From NCBI GenBank assembly GCA_043805415.1, contig JAZDHZ010000035.1:8557-72556 (forward strand): a DNA stretch of 64,000 bases, written 5' to 3'. The DNA comes from Candidatus Omnitrophota bacterium. Its GTDB lineage: Bacteria; Omnitrophota; Gorgyraeia; B26-G9. The notes beneath the pieces are model-generated. The model saw only the letters and a program-made list of their open reading frames with translations, did not search any database and was not told where the DNA came from. Numbering within the stretch: the first letter of the stretch is position 1; each line of letters starts with the position of its first letter. Of this stretch, positions 1-8,390 are shown one piece after another. Both the position numbers and the translations under genes were made by a program.

Positions 1-250
1 TTCCTATTTGGTGAAAAATTCCCTTGGAAAAGCTTTGCCCGATGCTAAAAGCAATAAAACTCCAAGCAAAGTTTGAGATTAATCCAGATGCAGCAATTAC
101 GCTTTCCGGAACAAAACCAAGAAAAAATGGACCAATTAATATTCCGATTATAAGATAGGCTGTAATTGCCGGGGTTTTAATTTTTTCAGCTATTTTGGCA
201 GATAAAAGTCCTAAAAGAAGTATTACACTGATGCCGAGAAGGGCATTCAT
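1..250 (-). CDS. Cation:proton antiporter (CPA2/KefB-like), N-terminal part; runs off the window
   Basis: Not in the ORF track. Manual translation from ATG at 250 gives MNALLGISVILLLGLLSAKIAEKIKTPAITAYLIIGILIGPFFLG...IAFSIGQSFS, a close paralog of 798..1964. Confidence 0.85.
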   Translation of the reverse strand, partial: MNALLGISVILLLGLLSAKIAEKIKTPAITAYLIIGILIGPFFLGFVPESVIAASGLISNFAWSFIAFSIGQSFSKGIFHQIG

Positions 251-724
251 TTATACAAGTCCTTTTTCTTTAAAAATTTTCATCACTATATCAAAAACAC
301 TGATTATTCCAACCAGCTTTTTATCATCATCAACCACAGAAATAGACTCCCGATTATGTAATTGCATAAGATCATATGCTTTTTTAAGATCATCATTTTG
401 ATTTACTTTTACTACTTTTGTATCCATAATATCAGCCATTATAACAAGCAATCCCATACCCTCTTCAATATCTATATTAAATATATCCGTAGGTTCACGA
501 CTGACCATTGATAATGGATTACGCATCAAAAGATCCTGATTATGCGGTTGAAATATTTCAAAAAAACTGCGGATATGCACAACCCCGATTAAAATCCCGT
601 TATTATCAACAACTGGAACTTTCGGAAAACTATGAAAATTTTTGAACATGTTAAGCAGCTGAGTAAGAGTGGTTCCCTGTTTTACAGATAAAATATCTGT
701 TTGCATAATGTTTTTAACCTGCAT
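251..724 (-). CDS. CBS-domain pair protein
   Basis: Two CBS repeats (VKNIMQTD...PVVDNNGILIG; DIMDTK...VVDDDKKLVGIIS); paralog of 1970..2443. Confidence 0.9.
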   Translation of the reverse strand: MQVKNIMQTDILSVKQGTTLTQLLNMFKNFHSFPKVPVVDNNGILIGVVHIRSFFEIFQPHNQDLLMRNPLSMVSREPTDIFNIDIEEGMGLLVIMADIMDTKVVKVNQNDDLKKAYDLMQLHNRESISVVDDDKKLVGIISVFDIVMKIFKEKGLV

Positions 725-797
725 CCCTACCTCGCATTTTTGGAGACTAAGAAAAGACCAGAATAAAACCCTATAATTTAATTATAGCACAAAACGC

Positions 798-1964
798 TTA
801 ATTATGTATCTGATTAGTTTTATGCAAAGCAAGCTTAACAAAAAAAGGACCAATGATTTCATAGATAACAGTTGTGGCGGCAACGGTTGTAAATATAATA
901 TTGCCAGCTTGCGGAAACTGTTCTTTTGCAATTAGCGCCATACCTAAAGCAACTCCAGCCTGAGGTAAAAGCCCTAGGCTTAAATATTTTTTCACATCAT
1001 CATCTGCTTTAGAAATACGCGCACCAAGGTAGGTCCCGATAAATTTTCCGATTATTCTAAAAATCATATACACAATACCAATGGTTCCAATTTTACCCAG
1101 CAAGTCTATTTCTAAACTAGCGCCGGCTAAAACAAAAAAAATCAAATAAATAGGCCAGTCAATATTATTTAATATATCAAAGAATTTAAAACTCTCATTA
1201 TTAAAATTCACTACAACGGCAGCGAGAAACATTGAAGTAAGTAAAACAGAAAAATGAAAATGCAAAGCAATGCCTGTAGCCACAAAAATAATACCCAATG
1301 TCCAGATTAAAAGATCAGTTTGGTTTTTAAGATACAAACCAATCCGGCTAAGAATAACTCCAAGCACGCCACCCACGACAAAAGACCCGCCGATCTCAAT
1401 CACTGCTCCCATAAGAACACGGCCTAGGCTTGAGGCTAAATGCAAATAAATTGCTTTGGACACAGAAAGGGAAAGAGAAAATATTATTAAGCCCCAGGCA
1501 TCATCAAGAGCAACAACTCCCATTAAAATATCAACAAACTTACCTCTGGCTTTATACTCCCGGACAACCATTATAATCGCCGCCGGCGCGCTGGCTGCGG
1601 CGATTGCCCCAAAGATCAAAGCCATGTATAAAGGAACTTTAAAAAACAATAAACCAACAAGCGTAATCAACCAAGCGCCAACTGCCTCAAGTATAGATAT
1701 CCACATTACTTGCTTACCCACTTGCCTGAAAATTTTGCCTGAAAAATTCTGACCAATGCTGAATGCGATCAAGCTCAAAGCAACATTTGAAATAGTCCCA
1801 GAGACTTTAACTATACTCTCAGAAATAATTCCCAACATAAACGGACCCAAAACAATGCCCAGCAATAAATAAGCCGTGATTGCCGGAGTCTTGATTTTTT
1901 CAGCAAATTTACCTGATAAAAGTCCGCAGACTAGAATTATGCCAATAGCTAAAATAACATTCAT
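798..1964 (-). CDS. Cation:proton antiporter (Na+/H+ exchanger, CPA2/KefB-like)
   Basis: About 12 hydrophobic segments; motifs AASAPAA, VALDDAWG, FFVLAGASL, LLPQAGVALG. Confidence 0.9.
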   Translation of the reverse strand: MNVILAIGIILVCGLLSGKFAEKIKTPAITAYLLLGIVLGPFMLGIISESIVKVSGTISNVALSLIAFSIGQNFSGKIFRQVGKQVMWISILEAVGAWLITLVGLLFFKVPLYMALIFGAIAAASAPAAIIMVVREYKARGKFVDILMGVVALDDAWGLIIFSLSLSVSKAIYLHLASSLGRVLMGAVIEIGGSFVVGGVLGVILSRIGLYLKNQTDLLIWTLGIIFVATGIALHFHFSVLLTSMFLAAVVVNFNNESFKFFDILNNIDWPIYLIFFVLAGASLEIDLLGKIGTIGIVYMIFRIIGKFIGTYLGARISKADDDVKKYLSLGLLPQAGVALGMALIAKEQFPQAGNIIFTTVAATTVIYEIIGPFFVKLALHKTNQIHN

Positions 1965-1969
1965 TGTAT

Positions 1970-2443
1970 TTAAATCAGTCCTTTTTGATTAAAAATCTTC
2001 ATCACAATATCAAAAACGCTAATAATTCCCACTAGTTTTTTATTTTCATCCACCACTGGAATTGCCATTTTTCCATGCAATTGCATCAAATCATAAGCCT
2101 TTCTAATATCTGCGCTTTGTTCTATTTTTACCAGCTTAGTGTCCATAATATCAGCCATTATCACTAAAAATCCCATGCCTTCTTCAATGTCTATGTTAAA
2201 GATATCGGTAGGTTCGCGGCTGATCATTGACAATGGGTTACGCATCAAAAGATCCTGATTGTGCGGCTGGAATATTTCGAAAAAACTGCGAATATGAACT
2301 GTCCCGACCAAAACCATTTGAGCATCAACAACTGGGACGATCGGGAAACTATGAAAATCCTTAAAGCTAGCAAGCAACTGAGCAAGAGTTGTTCCTCTTT
2401 TAACCGAGCGCACATCAGTTTGCATAATATCCTTAACTTGCAT
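1970..2443 (-). CDS. CBS-domain pair protein
   Basis: Two CBS repeats; highly similar to 251..724. Confidence 0.9.
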   Translation of the reverse strand: MQVKDIMQTDVRSVKRGTTLAQLLASFKDFHSFPIVPVVDAQMVLVGTVHIRSFFEIFQPHNQDLLMRNPLSMISREPTDIFNIDIEEGMGFLVIMADIMDTKLVKIEQSADIRKAYDLMQLHGKMAIPVVDENKKLVGIISVFDIVMKIFNQKGLI

Positions 2444-2631
2444 ACATTGCTCCTTTGGACTTTTTTTAGGCTAACATATTAAAACAGAATTTTAGCATAT
2501 TTGTTTTGCAAATACAAATAAAACCTGGTTCAAAACACCAGTAATACCCTCACTGATATGGTCACTTAAAGCTGTGAACTAATCTTTTTAAGTATAACTC
2601 TAAACAAACAATCGCTTAAAGCAATTATAGA

Positions 2632-3174
2632 CTAAAGACCTTTAATATTAGTTTCTTTAAGAACGGTTAATAGCTTTTGAGAACTAAAACAGTTCATATA
2701 CCCGACTTGAAGCCCAGTATTGCGCTCGTAAAATCCATAACAATTAGCAAGCGCTGGATCTTGAACAACAGCCACAGAATAGCCCTTCCAATTTGTATGC
2801 TTAATCACTTCTCCAGCAGCGGTCTGATTACCTATCCATAATAAATAAGGCGCGCTCCATAAAACCGCCGCGCTAGGGCCAGGTAAAGATACTCCTTCTT
2901 GATCAATAAAATATTTATCTATAATATAGCTTTTATGATCAGGCAAAAAACCATCCGCTTGAATATCAACTTGATACTGTTTTTTCTCTTTTTTAGTAAA
3001 ACGCAGTTCATGTGTGGTTTTGAGCTGAGCATTTACAGCGTTTAGCGTTGTTTCATATTTCAAATACAATCCATCTTGTAAAGGACTGCCTGATTGCTGA
3101 AAAACCCATAATACCGCAGCTAATACCAGAACAGCTTGCAGAAAAGCAATAAACACAGAGTTAATATTCTTCAT
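2632..3174 (-). CDS. Hypothetical membrane-anchored or exported protein
   Basis: 180-aa ORF with one N-terminal hydrophobic segment; 4-bp overlap with the upstream gene. Confidence 0.65.
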   Translation of the reverse strand: MKNINSVFIAFLQAVLVLAAVLWVFQQSGSPLQDGLYLKYETTLNAVNAQLKTTHELRFTKKEKKQYQVDIQADGFLPDHKSYIIDKYFIDQEGVSLPGPSAAVLWSAPYLLWIGNQTAAGEVIKHTNWKGYSVAVVQDPALANCYGFYERNTGLQVGYMNCFSSQKLLTVLKETNIKGL

Positions 3175-3581
3175 ATTTTACTTTTCTTATTTCCGCGTTT
3201 TTTTTTACTTTCCAGATAAGCCACTAATTCATCAGGCGTACTAATCAATACTTCGTGATATTCCCCAAAACGCTCACAATTCGGAGCTTTATGCACTTTG
3301 CATTTATCCGGACGCTGTTCGTATATTTTGCACAAATTGTTTTTGCCCAAATACATACACTTGCCCTTAACCCTCAAATACCAATGATGCTGTTTAATAA
3401 ATATGTCGACAGTATCAAAGCGTACCTGCCATTTTAAATCTTCTATTTCCTCTTTAGTCTGAGGTTTGCCAATAGACATCGCAAGATCGCGGCAGCATAT
3501 TGCCGGACACGCCTGACACTCTTTTTGGAAAGTTATTTTATTTGATTTTATCTGCCTCATAATACCCTTTTTTAATTGCAA
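3171..3581 (-). CDS. YkgJ-family cysteine-cluster (Zn/Fe-S) protein
   Basis: CxxCxxxCC...C.YL....C.IYE.RP.KC pattern. Confidence 0.85.
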   Translation of the reverse strand: MQLKKGIMRQIKSNKITFQKECQACPAICCRDLAMSIGKPQTKEEIEDLKWQVRFDTVDIFIKQHHWYLRVKGKCMYLGKNNLCKIYEQRPDKCKVHKAPNCERFGEYHEVLISTPDELVAYLESKKKRGNKKSKI

Positions 3582-3636
3582 GCGAATCCGATGATTACAC
3601 CTTAACCGCTTAATGCTTTAAAATAAATATGCATTA

Positions 3637-4326
3637 TTAAACATTAAATCTAATATCCAGCATATCTCCATATTGGATAATATAATCTCGATCAACCAAC
3701 TTTACAAATCCGGCTGCTTTAGCTTCCTGCATATTATGTACAGCTTCAAAATCCTTAAAATTCACTATTTCCGCTTTTATAAATCCGCGGGCAAGGTCTG
3801 AATGAATCTTACCAGCACAAGTCACTGCATCCGAGCCTTTCTTAACCGGCCAGGATCTGACTTCCTGCTTTCCCGCTGTGTAAAAAAACATCATTCCGGC
3901 TTTCTCAAAAGCTTTAGCAATTAAATCATTTATCTCAACCTCGCCATCAACAAACAGCGTCGGTTTTAGACTTAAGGGCGCAAGTTCTTTGATTTTTATA
4001 TATTCTTCAGCGCTAAAATCCATATCACAAGCTGGTACTTCTTTTTCCAAATTCTGCTGACATTTCAACAAAGCCGCTTTTTCTGCCTGATCATTTGAGT
4101 TAGCTATGCGCGTATCAACTTTTTCCATATCCATGATTAAAAAATCAAGGACCTGATCTTTTGCCACCACAATGCAATCAGCATTAATAAAATCTTCTTT
4201 TTTAAATTCCGCGAAAAAAGGGGATATTTTTTTAGGCGTGAATTTTTCTGTAAGCTTAATAATTATTTCATCATTATATTTGATTTTCCCCTCGGGAAGA
4301 TCTAATCCGAAAAAACTAATTTTCAT
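3637..4326 (-). CDS. YchF-related protein (DUF933/TGS C-terminus, no P-loop)
   Basis: C-terminus FFYTAG.QEVRSW...AGKIHSDLARGFIKAE...DYIIQYGDMLDIRFNV matches YchF; no GxxxxGKS motif. Confidence 0.85.
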   Translation of the reverse strand: MKISFFGLDLPEGKIKYNDEIIIKLTEKFTPKKISPFFAEFKKEDFINADCIVVAKDQVLDFLIMDMEKVDTRIANSNDQAEKAALLKCQQNLEKEVPACDMDFSAEEYIKIKELAPLSLKPTLFVDGEVEINDLIAKAFEKAGMMFFYTAGKQEVRSWPVKKGSDAVTCAGKIHSDLARGFIKAEIVNFKDFEAVHNMQEAKAAGFVKLVDRDYIIQYGDMLDIRFNV

Positions 4327-5589
4327 TTATTCAACTCCTTCTTTTTTACTCCATAAAAAAACTTTATCTTTTGGTTTGACAATAAAAGGCAGCTTTATTC
4401 CAACAAGCTCGCCCTTGTTAACAGTATTGACAAATACATGTTTTTGCTGAAGTTCTTGGACAATTGCAAAACTAGCCGGAGTACTTTTCCCGATAAACAA
4501 AAGTTCTTGACCTTTATGTACTGCTTTATTCTGCAAGCGTATTTCAGCAACACTAATTTTTTTAAAAAACTTTACCACTTCCCCTAAAAATTCCTTTTCG
4601 TAAGTATTCCCCAGACCGCTGCTAAATGCTTTCCGCGGCTTGCCAAAATAAAACCCCTTAGAAAACCCGCGATTAAATACTCGGGAAAGCTCTTCTTTTA
4701 ATTTCTTCTTCAAGACTGCAGTAAGCTTACCCGCAAAATACGCGTCAATCGCGGTGCGATAAACACTAGTAACCACTTTAACATATTCCGGAGCTCTGCG
4801 TCTTCCTTCTATTTTAAAACAATCAATCCCCGCTTCGATAAGCTGCTCGATAAAATCAATGCTGCAGAGATCTTTGGCACTAAGCGCATAATCAGTGCCT
4901 AGAATATATTCGCTTTCATTTTCAACATCTTTAATTTGAAATTCTCTGCGGCAATATTGAAAACACTCCCCCCGATTAGCTGATTTAGATGCAGTATAGC
5001 TTGAGAGAAAACATCGGCCTGAGATACTAATACACATCGCGCCATGAATAAAAACTTCAACTTTGCATTTAATATTTTTGCTTTGTTTTTTAGCAATGAT
5101 ATTTTTAATGTCTGCCAAAGTGCATTCCCGCGCCAGAACGATTGTCTTTGCTCCCATTTTGGCAAAAGCTTCAAAAGCACTGCTGTTGGAAATACTTGCT
5201 TGCGTAGATACATGTATCGGAAGCTTTAGTTTTCTAGCAATATTCAGCACTGACAGATCCCAAAGAATCACTCCATCCACGCCAGCTTGTTTTGCCTGGG
5301 TAAGGATTGTCTCTACTTTTTTTAACTCAGACTCCATGATTATAACATTAAGCGCAAGATACCCTTTCTTTTTATGCTTAACTAAAAAAGCCATCACCTT
5401 TTTTAATTCCAGACAATCAAAGTTGCCGGCTAAATTACGCATATTCAAGCCTTTGACTCCAAAATAAACACTGTCCGCTCCATTTTCAACAGCCGTGACA
5501 AGTCCGGACCAATCTCCAGCTGGCGCGACAAGCTCAGGTTTTTTAATTTTTTTTGGAATTCCTATTTGATTGGTTTTTTTAGTTTTCAT
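4327..5589 (-). CDS. Peptidase U32 family protein (RNA hydroxylation TrhP/RlhA-like)
   Basis: PELVAPAG, GADSVYFG, HGAMCISISGRC, ANRGECFQYCR, FKIEGR, RGFSKGF motifs. Confidence 0.9.
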   Translation of the reverse strand: MKTKKTNQIGIPKKIKKPELVAPAGDWSGLVTAVENGADSVYFGVKGLNMRNLAGNFDCLELKKVMAFLVKHKKKGYLALNVIIMESELKKVETILTQAKQAGVDGVILWDLSVLNIARKLKLPIHVSTQASISNSSAFEAFAKMGAKTIVLARECTLADIKNIIAKKQSKNIKCKVEVFIHGAMCISISGRCFLSSYTASKSANRGECFQYCRREFQIKDVENESEYILGTDYALSAKDLCSIDFIEQLIEAGIDCFKIEGRRRAPEYVKVVTSVYRTAIDAYFAGKLTAVLKKKLKEELSRVFNRGFSKGFYFGKPRKAFSSGLGNTYEKEFLGEVVKFFKKISVAEIRLQNKAVHKGQELLFIGKSTPASFAIVQELQQKHVFVNTVNKGELVGIKLPFIVKPKDKVFLWSKKEGVE

Positions 5590-5630
5590 TGATTAAAATT
5601 TTTCATGTTGATGGTAAACTAATCCTTGAT

Positions 5631-6350
5631 TTATTTAACTGCACAAAGTGTATTACGAATATTTTCCAGCTTCCCGAAGCAAATTAATTTATCCCCCAGA
5701 GAAATCTTGGTGCGCGCTGGAGGGTTAGGAATAATTGTTCCCTGAGTTTGGACTGCAAGGATTGTTATATCCGCATCCCGCAGTTCTGAATTCATTAAGG
5801 TTTTATCTAATACCGGAGAATCTGGGCAAACTTCAATTTGTGAAATACCATAACCGCCTGTAGCAACAACCAATTCTTCAAAAGAAACTCTTTTAATAAT
5901 CTCATGTTTAATAATCCTCGATCTTAAAAAATTAGTTAATTTCTTGTCAAACCCGCCGTATTTAGCAAGCTTATAACTAGCAAAAATCGCGACAATAATT
6001 ATTCCCAAATTAACCCAAGGAATCAAGCCAGGAGAAAAAATCCCCTGCCATAATGAAATTGTACTTCCTGGTGAAAATAAATTAGGACTTAATGAATTGG
6101 CAAAAGTTGCGACCAAAGTCACAAATCCCGCGTGTCCAATAATAATGAGCACTCCGGCAATCCGCCGCCTTTGCGGATTAGAAGTAATAAGCTCTGATTC
6201 TTTTGTCGTAAAACCTGTACCGGTAAAACAGGACAGAGATTGAAACGTTGCCATGGACCAGTCAAGACCAGTCAGCTCAAACGCTACCGCGCCCAGCCTA
6301 ACAGCAATAAAAGAAACCGCCATCGCGATAATAAACAATAGTACATTCAT
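5631..6350 (-). CDS. Membrane protein with channel pore-like segment and TrkA-C (RCK-C) domain
   Basis: FQSLSCFTGTGFTTKESE pore-like motif; C-terminal RCK-C (P..TKISLGDKLICFG). Confidence 0.8.
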   Translation of the reverse strand: MNVLLFIIAMAVSFIAVRLGAVAFELTGLDWSMATFQSLSCFTGTGFTTKESELITSNPQRRRIAGVLIIIGHAGFVTLVATFANSLSPNLFSPGSTISLWQGIFSPGLIPWVNLGIIIVAIFASYKLAKYGGFDKKLTNFLRSRIIKHEIIKRVSFEELVVATGGYGISQIEVCPDSPVLDKTLMNSELRDADITILAVQTQGTIIPNPPARTKISLGDKLICFGKLENIRNTLCAVK

Positions 6351-6386
6351 ATTTACCTCCGATAAAATTTTTATTATTATATGATC

Positions 6387-6608
6387 CTAAATTTCTTTTC
6401 CAATAACTCCATTTTGTTTTTTATTTAACAACAAAGCTGTTGTCCAGCCAATAATCATCCCCACAGCTAATGTTGAAAATAAAACAATCGCCCGGCTTGT
6501 TGTAAATCCCCAAAATAAAAATTTAATTTCCACTGCTTCATGATTTTGAGCGACAAAAATCACCAATAATAATAATGCAATAATTATAAGCCAAAATTTC
6601 CACTGCAT
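6387..6608 (-). CDS. LapA-family (DUF1049) small membrane protein
   Basis: IFVAQN...V.IKFLFW followed by a second TM helix. Confidence 0.8.
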   Translation of the reverse strand: MQWKFWLIIIALLLLVIFVAQNHEAVEIKFLFWGFTTSRAIVLFSTLAVGMIIGWTTALLLNKKQNGVIGKEI

Positions 6609-6632
6609 ATAAAACTCCTATCAATTTGTACT

Positions 6633-7916
6633 TTAAAACTGCTTTTTAAACTGCAAATAAACTCTATCTTCTTCACTTAGGTTTTCAGCTGTTTTTTCTT
6701 CTGCTGATTTCTGTGTTAATTCTTTTTCCGCGGCAACAGACACTGTATCAGTTATTTTTAGCTGTCCGCCAACAGTCTGGGTAGCCGCAGCTTGTCCAGT
6801 GCCTACTTCCCCAGGCTCAATCTCATAGCTGACCTGGACCTTATCTACTATTGAAGTCTTGACTCCCACACCTTTTGTCTGCCGATTAAAAGACAAGGAA
6901 ATATCACTAAGTCCAATCTGCCGAGCCAGCTGAGTCCCCTTGCCGGCAAAAATAAAATAATCAACAAAATCGCGCACTAAATTTGCTGAGATATTGTCTT
7001 TCCCTAAGCCTAATGATTGACTTCCCCAGCTTCTGCCTGTTGCCAGCATAACCAATAAAAGGTCTTGAGTCAAGGGGGGATAAGAACTTAATATTAGTTT
7101 TGGATTATCGAATGTTCCCTGTAATACAGCACTTATATTTACATCTTCAACCGTTGATCGGCCCCGAATATTAAGTTGCGGCCTTTTTGGATCTGATTCA
7201 AAGACTATTTTACTAGGATCTAGTGTGATAACTGCAGTATTATTACCCGCGGCAATACCTGATTTAAAAACAATTTCTCCGGTTAAAGACATTGCTTCAA
7301 AAAGATCATCGCAGTACATCATTACTGACCCCGCGCATCCGGTAAGATAAAAATTTTCTTTAAAAATCTTATTTATAAAAAACTTGCCTTCCATTGCCAA
7401 ATTTTTCTTTTTCCCGGTTATATGCAAATTAACATCGCTAAACACCCCTGACATTGTGCTAAGAAAACGCTTATTTGTAAACAAATCAATTATTTCACGC
7501 GCGCTGACTTTCTTGGAATAAATATTCAAATCCAATACCCTTTTAGCATAATTACCATAAAAAAGAATCGTATCAGAAAAAGGCAGCTTCAGCCGGCCAT
7601 TATATACATCCAGCGACAAAAGACTCAAGCGGAATTCTTTTAAAGTAATATCAATTCTCTGTACTTTAATCAAAGCTCCGGAAGGAAGTTTTTGGGCATT
7701 TTCAATAAGCACATGATGTAATGATAATTTTGTTCTTAAAGTCCCTTCAGCTTTTTCAAAATTAATATTCCGCGTCTTTAGATACCGGCCTAAAAAAAAA
7801 GTAGCAACAGCCGTAGACCCGTTTGTTGTAAAAAACATGTAATGGCCCACAGCAAGAATAAAAATAGCCGCGATAATAATATTTATCGAAATAAAAGAAA
7901 TATTTTTTATACTCAT
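6633..7916 (-). CDS. AsmA-like / TamB C-terminal domain protein (short)
   Basis: N-terminal TM, beta-rich body, and a TamB-like C-terminus (P.LNI...LQGTFDNPKL.LSS.PPL.Q..LL..LATG) ending in F. Confidence 0.65.
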   Translation of the reverse strand: MSIKNISFISINIIIAAIFILAVGHYMFFTTNGSTAVATFFLGRYLKTRNINFEKAEGTLRTKLSLHHVLIENAQKLPSGALIKVQRIDITLKEFRLSLLSLDVYNGRLKLPFSDTILFYGNYAKRVLDLNIYSKKVSAREIIDLFTNKRFLSTMSGVFSDVNLHITGKKKNLAMEGKFFINKIFKENFYLTGCAGSVMMYCDDLFEAMSLTGEIVFKSGIAAGNNTAVITLDPSKIVFESDPKRPQLNIRGRSTVEDVNISAVLQGTFDNPKLILSSYPPLTQDLLLVMLATGRSWGSQSLGLGKDNISANLVRDFVDYFIFAGKGTQLARQIGLSDISLSFNRQTKGVGVKTSIVDKVQVSYEIEPGEVGTGQAAATQTVGGQLKITDTVSVAAEKELTQKSAEEKTAENLSEEDRVYLQFKKQF

Positions 7917-8019
7917 TATCCCTAAGGTTTTTTAAAAAGCTGTCTATAAGAAAAATTGTCGAAAAATCCGCTTTATTTTATTATACATTAGAGTGGAAAA
8001 AGAAGGCAGGGTTTTTTAA

Positions 8020-8118
8020 TGACAAGATAAACTCAGCGATAATAGCAATCTTTTAATGAGTTAAGCTTTAGACCCGTAGCTTTGCGTCCGCGGATTTCCC
8101 CTGATTTGCCTTTTCGGA
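8020..8118 (-). ncRNA. Cyclic di-GMP-I (GEMM) riboswitch-like element, degenerate
   Basis: Minus strand reads AAAAGGCAAAUCAGGG-GAAA-UCCGCGGACGCAAAGCUACGGGUCUAAAGC. This has the GGCAAA, GAAA tetraloop, GACGCAAAGC and GGUCUAA hallmarks and lies upstream of 6633..7916. P2 has mismatches and the 3' strand is poorly conserved. Confidence 0.6.
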
Positions 8119-8279
8119 TATTAAATTTCAAATATAACCCTAAAACAATCTTAATTGCTTTTTAAAACTTATTCAGTAGTGTAGGATTGATTCTAATTTT
8201 TTTCAATATTCGATTTTATAATTTTAAGTATACGCGATTAAATCACTTGAGCTTACGATTATTATTCGCGGTTTATTAC

Positions 8280-8307
8280 TTGACTGTATAAAATAAATCG
8301 ATATACT
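8280..8307 (+). promoter_or_regulatory. Sigma70-type promoter upstream of pabB
   Basis: TTGACT-16 nt-TATACT. Confidence 0.6.
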
Positions 8308-8335
8308 GTAATAAGCGCATTATGCATAGGTTCAT

Positions 8336-8366
8336 AACCACCCAGATCCGCGGGGTGGTTTTTTTT
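8336..8366 (+). terminator. Intrinsic terminator in the pabB leader
   Basis: AACCACCC-9 nt loop-GGGTGGTT followed by a T-run, about 25 nt before the pabB ATG. Confidence 0.7.
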
Positions 8367-8390
8367 ATTTAACAGCAAAGCACAAAACTA

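Noticed and set aside
8325-8366. preQ1-I riboswitch (GGUUC..AACCACCC resemblance)
   Set aside because: P1 cannot form (AUAGG has no CCUAU partner), there is no A-rich tail, and the downstream gene is not queuosine-related.
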